Assembly (NCBI GenBank): GCA_002269645.1
Contig: NIVC01001946.1
Coordinates: forward strand, 124,001-188,000
From: Macrostomum lignano
Lineage: Eukaryota
DNA: 64,000 bases
Reading direction: 5' to 3'
The position numbers and the translations under genes are program-made. Below, piece after piece: positions 27,901 through 37,067 of this stretch (the stretch's first letter is position 1; each line of letters starts with the position of its first letter). The notes under the pieces were generated by a model, which was not told where the DNA came from, made no database searches, and was given only the letters and a program-made list of their open reading frames with translations.

Positions 27901-29418
27901 CCTCCGTCACTGAGAAGCCAAGATGTTGAAGCTTTGCCGTCAGCCCAGCTCGAGTCGTCTGACTCTCGTTGGTGACAAATTTCAGCGGAAATCGAGCGTC
28001 TTTCAATCTGGGTTGGAAAGCAGAAGGCGAGTTTTGGCTTAATTATGATTGATACATGTGAATTCAGGGTTAACATGTACATGTATCAGAGTGATTCTCA
28101 CGGTGAGACTCAGGAGTGACTCTCAGTATGAGATTCGAGTGCGATTCTCAGGGTGAGATTCGAAAGGGATTCTCAGGGTGAGAAATTCTCAGGGTGAGAT
28201 TCGAAAGGGATTCTCAGGGTGAGATTAATGGCGACTCTCAGGGTGAAATTCATGGCGATTCTTAGGGTGAGATTCGAGTGTAATCTTCAGGGTGAGATTT
28301 GGGTATGATTCTAAGGGTGAGATTCGAAAGCGACTCTCATGGCGAGATTACCAGTAGAGTGTTATTCTTAGGGTGAGATTCAATGGCGATTCTCAGGGTG
28401 AGATTTGGGTGTGATTTTCAAGGGGAGAATTCTTAGGGTGAGATTTGGGTGTTATTCTCAGAGTGAGATTTGGGTGTGATTCTTAGGGTGAGATTCAAGA
28501 GTGATTCTCAGGGTGAGATTCGAAAGCGATTCTCAGGGTGAGCTACGGGTGTGATTCTTAGGGTGAGATTCGAAAGTGATTCTCAGGGTGAAATTCGAAA
28601 GTGATTCTCAGGGTGAGATTCGAAAGTGATTCTCAGGGTGAGATTCGAAAGTGATTCTCAGGGTGAGATTCGAAAGTGATTCTCAGGGTGAGATTCAAAA
28701 GTGATTCTCAGGGTGAGATTCAAAAGTGATTCTCAGGGTGAGATTCGAAAGCGATTCTCAGGGTGAGCTATGGGTGTGATTCTTAGGGTGAGATTCGAAA
28801 GTGATTCTCAGGGTGAGATTCAAAAGTGATTCTCAGGGTGAGATTCGAAAGTGATTCTCAGGGTGAGATTCGAAAGTGATTCTCAGGGTGAGATTCGAAA
28901 GTGATTCTCAGGGTGAGATTCGAAAGTGATTCTCAGGGTGAGATTCGAAAGTGATTCTCAGGGTGAGATTCGAAAGTGATTCTCAGGGTGAGATTCAAAA
29001 GTGATTCTCAGGGTGAGATTCAAAAGTGATTCTCAGGGTGAGATTTAAAAGTGATTCTCCAGGTGAGATTCAAAAGTGATTCTCAGGGTGAGATTCAAAA
29101 GTGATTCTCAGGGTGAGATTCGAAAGTGATTCTCAGGGTGAGATTTTACACGATTCTTAAAACAAGATCAGAAAATATTCCTAGAATTTTACGGGTTACT
29201 CTTTACTTACAGGCTAAGTCTCTGAAGACTTAAGGCCAGTCAAAGGTGGGTTGAAATCTACTCAGACAATGTACGAGCGTAGGTTTCCTGTACAGTTACC
29301 TTTTGACCGCCTCAATGGATCCTTCAATCAGTCTGCCGCCTGATCCATCCGGGTCGTAAAGCACGCCGGAAATGTCGCACAGCAGGCCCTTTGCAGATCG
29401 CAGCAGGTGTGACGCCAT
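10000..29418 (-). CDS. LHPP: Phospholysine phosphohistidine inorganic pyrophosphate phosphatase (HAD class IIA); exons 29418-29300, 28007-27820, 11278-10846, 10087-10000; 275 aa
   Basis: GT-AG junctions join into 828 nt (276 codons including the stop). The motifs [42 protein letters not shown] and VRTGKFRPS..EPHP parallel human LHPP, including its atypical DISG motif I. Confidence 0.92.
10107..10830. repeat. 33-35-bp minisatellite CACTGCCTCACACTTAATCAGCACCCACCACCC
   Basis: Fills LHPP intron 3 almost from donor to acceptor. Confidence 0.9.
11320..12056. repeat. 28-bp minisatellite CCCAGATCCTCAGTTGCTGGGCCAGCCT, array 2
   Basis: Same unit and orientation as 9105-9300. Confidence 0.92.
12810..13660. 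repeat. 14-bp satellite CCCAGATCCTAGAT, highly homogeneous
   Basis: About 60 near-perfect copies. Confidence 0.95.
14610..15060. repeat. 20-bp minisatellite AAGCTTCACTGAGGATTCWA
   Basis: Direct inspection. Confidence 0.82.
15369..26382 (+). CDS. ETS-domain transcription factor (ETS1/ETS2/Pointed-like), Gln-rich; exons 15369-15600, 16805-16945, 21640-21834, 24125-24397, 25042-25817, 26173-26382; about 608 aa
   Basis: The ETS domain [10 protein letters not shown]...[21 protein letters not shown]|[24 protein letters not shown]...GKRYVYRF is split by an intron and is unambiguous. The four upstream exons have canonical splice sites, stay in frame (total 1827 nt) and are less certain than the last two. 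Confidence 0.85.
15650..16690. repeat. 21-23-bp minisatellite AATGGCATCTCTAAGCTTCAA(A)
   Basis: Fills ETS intron 1. Confidence 0.9.
17465..18060. repeat. About 22-bp minisatellite GGGGCGCCATTTCACTAGAGTT
   Basis: Direct inspection. Confidence 0.85.
18575..19055. repeat. 15-bp minisatellite AGCACCAGGGGCTTT / AGCACCAGGGGCGCC
   Basis: Two variants in separate blocks. Confidence 0.92.
20885..21395. repeat. 30-bp then 33-bp related minisatellites (GTGTCAGACAGAAATGACGCTAAACTGAGT; GTGTGTGTCACACAAAAGTGACGCCAAGTGACT)
   Basis: Direct inspection. Confidence 0.88.
22850..23855. repeat. 16-bp satellite ATTTAGATACACAGGT
   Basis: About 60 copies. Confidence 0.93.
24550..24930. repeat. Degenerate about 26-bp minisatellite ATTTCTAAGAATCACCCTTTAGATTT
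   Basis: Direct inspection. Confidence 0.75.
27405..27800. repeat. Degenerate array GAATCTCACCCTGAGAATC (inverse of 28085-29155)
   Basis: CCC-loop orientation, left of LHPP exon 2. Confidence 0.8.
28085..29155. repeat. 25-bp minisatellite GATTCTCAGGGTGAGATTCGAAAGT
   Basis: GGG-loop orientation, right of LHPP exon 2. Confidence 0.92.
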
Positions 29419-30018
29419 TTTTACAGACCAATTCAAAAGTTCCGATCTGTAAAAATTGAAGTTTGCAGACAGATTTATGTCACAAGTTAGTAGTGCCTTG
29501 GATACTGTATCTAGAGAGTGTACATGTCTGATGATTATAAAGTCAAGGGGCTGCTGTACACCCTGTGTGAGCTTGTGTACGAGTGCGTGCCGGCGCACAG
29601 TATTGGTGCGCTTGTGTGCGCTAAGGAGTCAGCGGAATGGGGCAGAACTGCCTTAGTGGTGCTCTGCTTGTGGGACAATGTCTGCTAGCGTTAGCTGATC
29701 GTCTCATCGACAGGAAGACAAAATCATGTACACACTCAAAGTCTGGCTATCATAACAGCGAATTTTTTAATCGCACAACATGCGACCGGCTATTTTCTAT
29801 GGTTTTTTATTACTATAAGTAGACAAAACTAGATATGAGTTTAAAAACCGAACAAGCGTGAGGAGAAAGAGCAGTCTGTCCTCTGATTGGCTGGGTTCGA
29901 CTCAGGATAGTTCTAATTGGCAAAAGATTTGGAAATACGAGCTAAATAACGAGATCGACAAGCAAGAAAAGCTCTTCTATAGGAAGAGTAGATATTTTCG
30001 TCACGAACTAAAAAAACA

Positions 30019-30568
30019 ATGAACGTCACAAACAACGGAACTGAATTGCTAGCAGACGCGGCACCGTTTGGCGACCTGGTGACTCGAGTGATTGCTTCAA
30101 TCTACGGAGCATGCATAATCGTATTCGGCACCATTGGCAACATGCTGAGCCTGAAGATCTTCTGGAATAGCGACGTGTTCAAGGAGAGCACGCACTTCCT
30201 GCTGATCATCCTGCAGATTGCTGACAGCTGCGTCCTGCTGCTAGTCGTTGGTCGCTACTGGATTCAACAGGCGTTTCGCTTTGACATCCGGGATCTTGGC
30301 TATCCAGTCTGTTTAAGCCACGTCGTTCTGACGTATCTGTGCGTTGACTTCGCCACCTGGGTGTTGGTGTTCATCGTGTTGGACAGATTTCTAGCAGTGA
30401 CCTATCCGATGAGAGCCAGACTCATCATGACGAAACGGAATGCGGTGAAAGTCCTGCTGGCTATCCTGGCCGTTCTCTGCGCCAAAGATTTGCCGCTGTT
30501 GATGTCGCACGATTGGCACGCCGACGAGACGCGACGCTGCATGTACCGGGACAACTTCTTCCAGTACT
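30019..30568 (+). pseudogene. Class A (rhodopsin-like, peptide-receptor type) GPCR, 5' part (TM1-TM4), interrupted by a retrotransposon
   Basis: N-terminal NVT/NGT sequons, TM1 GTIGN, TM2 LQIADS, TM3 VLDRFLAVTYP and hydrophobic TM4. The frame stops 17 nt inside the inserted element. Confidence 0.85.
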
Positions 30569-30682
30569 TGACTTACTTGACTTAGCTGCAGGGGGCGTCC
30601 GGCGGATGCAGCGAGGAGGCGGAGGAGACCGCCCATTCCGCTAGCCCCTGGCGACCAACGACTTCCGTTGAAGTGGTGTCGC

Positions 30683-33600
30683 TCAGGGGGACCCGTCGGT
30701 CTCGCCTGCAGCGCGGTCCTCCTCACCGACGGTGGGGAAGAAATCAGCTCGTCCGGTGTCCCTGAGGTACCGGGCGAGCAGTGGGATGCTCTCGGGCCTG
30801 CAAACGTCGGAGAGGACCGGGTTTGGCCCGAGGTGAGTAAGCCTGGCCCTGGTGAAAACCGGGCAGTGGCAGATAAAATGCTCGGCGTTTTCACTGCCTG
30901 AGCGGCAGAAGGGGCACCGCTCCTCGGGTACTTGGCCCTGAAGGAAGCGGTGGCGAGAGAAGCAGCCATGCCCGGAGAGGGCCATGCTAACTGCTCTGAG
31001 GTCTCTGCGGTTGAGCCTGAGGAGGGCTCTACGCAGGAGAGGAGAGGGACAGGGGACGGCAGCACGGGATTGCCTACAATTCCGGGTGTCGTGCCACCTG
31101 CGGAGATGCTCGGAGTCAGCCCAGCGCTTAACGCGGGAATTGATCACCGAGGCGGGGATGGGGGCACCCGGGCCCGGCCCCAATAGCGCGCCGGCGGAGC
31201 CAGCCTTGGCCAGCAGGTCAGCGCGCTCGTTGCCGAGGAAGCCGGCGTGGCCCGGGATCCATCTGAGCTCCACCTGGTTGCCTAGCGCAAGCCCGTTGAG
31301 CTGGGTGTTGCAGTCCAGGACGGACCTGGAGCTGGCGGTGCTGCGGCAGAGGGCCCGAAGGGCTGCTTGGCTGTCAGAGTGAAAAATAAATTTCCGGCCG
31401 CTAAGCTGCCTTCGGCGCAGCTCTGCCGCGCAGGAGCTGATGGCAAGCACCTCGCTCTGAAAAACACTGGAGTTGAGCCCAGTGTGCTGGGAGTAGCTCC
31501 ACACCACTTCTCCCTTGAAGAAGACGCAAGCTCCGAAGCCTGAAAGACCATGCCTCATAGAGCCGTCAGTGTAACAGTGGACTTCAGAGTCGCTCCAGCT
31601 GTCACTCGCCTCGTGTCGAGGCTGAATGGTGACCTTATACCTTTGGCTCAGGAGAAGGGTGGCTGGGATCGAGTCCGTGAGGATGTTGAGCCCGCCACAC
31701 TCCTCGAGAGCCTTGAGGCAGAGGTCAGAGTGCGGGATAAGCGACCGCTTCTTAAAGGCCCGCACTTTCTTGAAGGCCACCCCAGCATCCAGAAGACGCC
31801 GGGTGCTCTTCGCCGCCTCTCCTTTGATATAAATATCCAGAGGAGGGGCACAGAGGAAGGCATTCATGCCTTCAAAAGGAGTAGAGGGTGGAGCGCCCAT
31901 AGTCATGCGGCAGGCTCTGCCCTGGATTTTGTAGAGAGCGTCGAGGTTGCTCTTGACGCTCAGGCCGCTAGCCCACACGAGGCTGGCGTAACTGATCGAG
32001 GGGCGGATGATGGCAGTGTAAATCCACCACAGCTTCCTGGGGGTGAGCCCCCAGGTGGTGCCCACGGCGCGCCTGATCTGAGCCAGTACAGCCAGGGCTT
32101 TTTTGGCTTTAGTTTGAATGTGCGGAGTCCAGTTAAGCCTGTGGTCCAGAGTGAGGCCCAGGCAGCGGACCTGCTTCTCCATGGAAATATTCTTTCCATA
32201 AGGGTGAGGGGCTTAATGGTCCAGAGCAGTTTGTTGGTAAACATGACTGCTGTGGTTTTCGACTCTGAGAGTCTAAGGCCACATTGGTCTGCCCAACGCT
32301 CCGCTCGTCCCAGAAAGCCCTGCAGAAGGTCTCTGATGGTATCAACCGAGGGGCCCGCGCATATCGCGGTCACATCATCGGCATAGCCCACCTTGAGAAT
32401 GGGGTCGTGGAGATCACTGCAAAGCAACTCATCCATGACCATGTTCCAGAGAACGGGGGTGAGAACGCCGCCCTGGGGGCCCCCTTTCAGGACAGGCACC
32501 GAAAGAGAGCTGCCGCTCAGGTGGGCCACAACAGTGCGGTTTCGGATCATGAACATGATCCACCGGACAAGGTGAGGGTGCGTGGCCCTGGATTCCAGGG
32601 CTCTGCAAAAGGCCTCGAAGATGACGTTGTCGAAGGCCCCCTCAATGTCCAGGAAAAGCGAGAGGGCAAAGCCGCTGCCAAGAACGGCCCTCTCCAGGAA
32701 GTCAACAATGACATGGAGAGCACTCTCGGTTGACCTGCCCGCGCGGAAGGCGTGCTGGTTCTGCGAGAGTGGGAAGCGCTTCAGCTCGACCGAAAGTAGG
32801 CGCCAAAGCACCAGTCTCTCGAGGAGCTTGAGGCAGAAAGAAGTGAGGCTGATAGGCCTGAAGGCCTTCACCGATTGGTAGTCGCTCTTTCCAGGCTTGG
32901 GGATAAAGACCACCCGGGCCTCTCTCCATGCAACTGGTACATAGCCCAGCTCCACACAAGCTCGAAGGAGACGACAGAGCAGGTCCAGGAAGCGGTGGTT
33001 TTTCACCGCCTCGTGCAAGAACGCTGGGTAGATGCCGTCGGGCCCAGGCGCCTTGAACGGGTTAAAGGACCTTGCCGCTCTAATAATGCGGTCTTTGGTG
33101 ATCATAGACTTTGCTAGGCCTTGCCCTCCCACTGTGTGGTCGGGCGGGCCCTGCTGAGTCGGAGATTTAGGGAAAAAACTGTTGAGCATGAGCTCTAGAG
33201 TCTCTTCCGAACTCTCTGTGACCGAGCCGTCAGGTCTCTTCACAACAGAGAGTTTAGAAAAACGGTCATTAGTGAGTGCCTTAACCACGCGGGCTACGGG
33301 GCGAGAGCCCTCAAGCCCTTCGCAATATTGGCGCCACTTGGCCGTCTTGGCCCTTCTGACTTGGCCCTTAAACTCGTGGATCGCACGGGTATAGGCCTCT
33401 CTGTCAGATGGGTCTTTGGTTTTGAGCGCTCGCCTTTGGAGGGTCCTGGCTCGGCGCCGAAGGGCCCCGAGCTCTGGGTTCCACCAGGGAGCAGATTTCT
33501 TGCCTTTATAGGCCTTTAGGGGGCAGGCTGCTTCAAAGGCAGTGGTGATCGCCCCGCCCAGGGAGGAGGCGAGATCGTCCACCACCTGGCAGTCAGAGAG

Positions 33601-34386
33601 GTCACTGGGGGGGTCAAGATCCCGAAGGCCGCGGCTCAGCTTCGAGCCAAAGGCGGCCCAATCGGTGTTTCTGACGTTCCGACTCCAAGTGACCTTAGGC
33701 TTTTGCTTGGTCGGCCCAATGCAAAAGCGGATAAAGCGGTGGTCCGAGAGCGAGTCCTCGTCCCACACTCGCCAGCCCGTAACTGCGGAAAGCAGTCCGG
33801 GTGAGGCGATGGTGGTGTCGATGACTTCGGCCCACCGCCCATTATTGAACGTTGGTGCATTGCCCACGTTACAGAAGTTGAGGTTAGTGCTGCTGACATA
33901 GGCCAGCAGCTCCTCGCCTCTGCTATTGATGTTCTTGCTGCCCCAATGCAGGTGGTGTGCGTTCACATCCCCTGCAATGAGCAGCTCGAACCGATGGGAC
34001 GCAGCATAGTCAGTAAGGTTGACTAACGCGTCGCAGACAACTGGGGCATCGCCCGGGAAATAGGCAGAAGCTACCAGCACAGGTTTATTGGGAATGAGGT
34101 TATTGATTTGAACAACACAGATGTCCCCAGTCGAGAGATCAGGTCTCATCCATGCCTCAAAAGCTTTTGCAGCAAAGACCAGAGATCTTGGGCGAGGCTG
34201 AGAGCCCGCCATGCAAAAACAGTGGTAGCCAGATGGCACATTATTTGGCTTACCTTTAGTCATCCAGGGCTCCTGTACGAAGACCAGGCCCGGAAGCTGT
34301 TGCTCTGCCGTGCGCATCAGGTTGACCGACGCCGCCACGCAGTGCTGGGTGTTGATCTGCAGACACCAGGTAGTCGTTGGCATCAT
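30683..34386 (-). CDS. Non-LTR ORF2: AP endonuclease, reverse transcriptase, RNase H and C-terminal CCHC finger; one 1-bp frameshift near 32196
   Basis: APE (QINTQH, VQEPW, GDVNAHH, IDTT, SDHRFI), RT (KAPGPDG, FRPISLTS, QHAFR, LDIEGAFD, GGPQGGVLTP, YADDV), RNase H (CYTDGS, QSEVLAI, SDSQAAL, WIPGHAGFLGNERAD) and CPFC...EHFICHC. Adding one base at ATGG^AAAG joins the two track ORFs. Confidence 0.92.
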
Positions 34387-35903
34387 TGCAGATCGGATGT
34401 TGCAGCCGCCAGGAGTTCCTCCTCCTCCTCGGCGCTCACCGGCTTCGGGTCGGGGTCGCCGGTGTCCATGGGCTCTTCTTCAGCAAAAGGCCCCCGATTG
34501 GCCGGAAGGCAGTAGGCAGCGTTCGCCGCCCTTTGCCCACCATCCATGGGGTCCTCCGCCTCAGATTGGCCCAATGCCCTGGAGCAGCCAGCCGCCTGGG
34601 CAGGCGGGTCCGTCTCCAGTCGGCCCTGCCCCGAGGGGTTGGGCCCAGCTGGGACGTCCCCACCCTCCCTGGACGAACTGGTGCGCCTAGGCGTCCCGGC
34701 GACCTCTCGCCTCAGCTGGGAGATTTTGGCGGTACGGACTGCCTCAGCTGCACACTGGTACAGGCCGCGCCGCTTGGTGCTACGCGCCGGGCGTCGGTCG
34801 CCTCCGCCCTCAGCAGCGCGCTCAGCTTTGCCCGCGCGGCCGTGCTGCCGGGCAGGGCGGTTTGCTTTGGCAGTCTGAGCAGAGGCTTGCGCCTCGGCCC
34901 CGGCCGCCTCCGCATCCCGCCCGCCCTGCTCACTGCCACGGGGAGGGTCGGCCTCGTAGGAGCGGATGCGCAGCTTCCAAAGGCCGACGTTGATGAAGCT
35001 GCCGTGTGGATAACGCCTCATCCAGGCGTCCGACAGCCCCAGGATGGCTGTGAAGCCAGTGCCGTCGGTGCGCTTAAGGGTGTCATGCACCACTAGGCCC
35101 GCGGCGGGAAGCTCCCGGTTGACTGCTAGCAGTCCTTTCCGGAGCTCGTCAGCAGAGGTAACAACGCTCCTGGCCGGGACCCAGATTCGATGCCTCTTGG
35201 TCCGGGGGCGCTCGTCCTCTCTGCAGAAGGCTAGGTTGAGGTCCCAGCTCTGCTCGGGCAGCAGCTCAAGGAGCCGCCGACCCGAGTCAGCATCACTGGG
35301 CCAAATGAGAAGGCACGAGTCCCTCGTCGCATTCGAATGAATGTTCAGAGGCGTGCCCTTCAGAGTTTGCTTCCACAGGAGGCCATCAACGGCACTTCTC
35401 ACCTGCTTCAGCTGATCGGGAGACAGGCGCGCGTCCTTTCCCAGGATGACAACCGCCGGTTGCCTCTTTGCCGCATCAGCGTAGGAGGCCCGGGGGTCAG
35501 TGGAGCTTTCTTCAGGTGGGCTGTCCACCCTCCCGGCTGCATCGGCCTCCCTATCCTGGGCAGGGGCTTCCGTGGGCTCGAGGCCCTCTTCCGCCACCGC
35601 CCCAGACTGGGAAGCTTCCGCTGCCGCGGGCCGTTGGCCCCTGGCACCGGTTTGGCTTCCGCCCTCCTTGGCCCGCCTCGCCTTGTTAAGTCGACGGCGG
35701 GCAGCTCCAGAGGTGGTGCTGCGTTTCTTAGCAGCTGGAGTAGCAGGTGTCTTCTCGGAGGCACCGCTCAGAGTTGGCTCCACGGGTCTCGCCGAGGCGT
35801 CCCCGATGGTAGCAGGTGGTATGGCCGAGGAGTCCACGGCCCCAGCCGAGGCCGGAGGCACTGTGTCATCCACAGCCGGTTTGTTACTTCGGTTAGAAGC
35901 CAT
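34383..35903 (-). CDS. Non-LTR ORF1 (DUF4780-like central domain, low-complexity flanks)
   Basis: Open frame 36098-34383 with first plausible ATG at 35903 (MASNRSN). The pattern YADAAK...RPRTKRHRIWVP...LLAVNRELP...INVGLWKLRI recalls LOA-type ORF1 (DUF4780), from memory. Confidence 0.75.
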   Translation of the reverse strand: MASNRSNKPAVDDTVPPASAGAVDSSAIPPATIGDASARPVEPTLSGASEKTPATPAAKKRSTTSGAARRRLNKARRAKEGGSQTGARGQRPAAAEASQSGAVAEEGLEPTEAPAQDREADAAGRVDSPPEESSTDPRASYADAAKRQPAVVILGKDARLSPDQLKQVRSAVDGLLWKQTLKGTPLNIHSNATRDSCLLIWPSDADSGRRLLELLPEQSWDLNLAFCREDERPRTKRHRIWVPARSVVTSADELRKGLLAVNRELPAAGLVVHDTLKRTDGTGFTAILGLSDAWMRRYPHGSFINVGLWKLRIRSYEADPPRGSEQGGRDAEAAGAEAQASAQTAKANRPARQHGRAGKAERAAEGGGDRRPARSTKRRGLYQCAAEAVRTAKISQLRREVAGTPRRTSSSREGGDVPAGPNPSGQGRLETDPPAQAAGCSRALGQSEAEDPMDGGQRAANAAYCLPANRGPFAEEEPMDTGDPDPKPVSAEEEEELLAAATSDLQ

Positions 35904-36390
35904 TGGCTGGAAGTAAAAAGGTGGGACTTCCTGCAGAACACAGGCAAAGAGCCGCAAGGCCGCAACCCCAAACCAAGCGGCAGGCCCCCAAAAAGCAAAA
36001 TACCACCCTGCGGGGGACCCAAAAGCGCAAGGGGAACCGTTAGCGACCAGACTACTCCCTGGCCAAGCGTCCATCAGCACGGAGTTACACTGGGACATTA
36101 GAGGGTGCGTTTATGGTCACACCAGGACCCGGCGCCAACGAATCAGCTCGGCAGGGCCCAAGGGGGCCTGCCTTAACACCCACGGGACGAGTACCCTTCG
36201 AAGTGCGCCTTGCAAGGTGAAAATCAGGAGACAGAGTCTCTTGAGCTATCAGCCCGCCAGGGGAGGCAGGTGTGAGCATCGCTGGCTGGGATAAAGGCCA
36301 TACCAGTCTCATACTGCACAGATAGTTCACCACGCCATTACGTGCAGGACCCGGGGTCCTGGGGGCAACAGCCCCGGCTCTTCCAGTACT

Positions 36391-37067
36391 ACTTGGCAGC
36401 TGACAGTATTTTGAACTTCTTCGCTCCAGACTCTCTGCTGTTGATATTCAATTTGATCATCTTCTTTAGCATCAGGAAGCATGCCAGGCTGATGGCGCAG
36501 ACGGTGAAAGCATCCGTGGATCGGAACTCGTCAGTAGCTTCGGTGTCTATCTTAACACCGGCCAGGAAACGAAGTCAGACGGACAGTCGGCAGAGGCAAA
36601 TGTCTGTAGCCAGGGTGGCGTTGGTCTCGGGCACAATTCACCTGCTAACAACCATGCCCAGTGCCGTTTACCTGCTGTCGCACTCGTTCATTGACTACAA
36701 AGGCACCAGCTTTCTAGTGAATAACATCTTACTAATGCTGTCCTACACTAACAACGCCATCAACTTTCTAATCTACCTGCCAATTGACGGTCGATTTCGA
36801 ACCAGCTTCAACACGATGGTCACCCCTGAGTGCTCCAACATTAACAATGCCAACAGGCGAGCGACCAAGCGTAACACTAGAAAGTTGGCTTTGCAACAGC
36901 GAGAGGAGGACAACGACGAAGAAGCCTGCGCTGCGGACGCGTCGAAAGTTCAGAGAGCGACCGAACTATCACAGGAAACTAAAAATGCTAACGAAACGCC
37001 GCTGCTGCTAGCAGAAGTTGCTAAAGATAATGCTAACAATGCTTTGAATGTTGACAGTCGTGTGTAA
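36391..37067 (+). pseudogene. Class A GPCR, 3' part (TM5-TM7 and tail)
   Basis: Removing 30569-36390 restores one 1227-nt frame (...RDNFFQY-YLAADSILNFFAP...), with TM6 HLLTTMPS and TM7 NNAINFLIY. Confidence 0.85.

Larger units (their letters stand above)
30569..36378 (-). mobile_element. Full-length non-LTR retrotransposon, probably LOA clade (ORF1 plus APE-RT-RNase H-CCHC ORF2), 5810 bp
   Basis: 12-bp target site duplication TCTTCCAGTACT at 30557-30568 and 36379-36390, a short 3' simple-repeat tail (...TAAGTCAAGTAAGTCA), and two ORFs with non-LTR domains. Confidence 0.92.

Noticed and set aside
29419-29598. 60-codon upstream extension of the LHPP exon 1 frame
   Set aside because: Similarity to LHPP starts at the ATG at 29418, and a splice-acceptor-like site lies within the extension.
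29894-29903. GGTTCGACTC, a match to the Pol III B-box
   Set aside because: No A-box at the right spacing and no cloverleaf, so there is no support for a tRNA or SINE.
31550-36101. Plus-strand ORFs opposite the non-LTR element (for example 31550-32386, 34377-35096, 35337-36101)
   Set aside because: Shadow ORFs of GC-rich coding sequence with no recognisable motifs.
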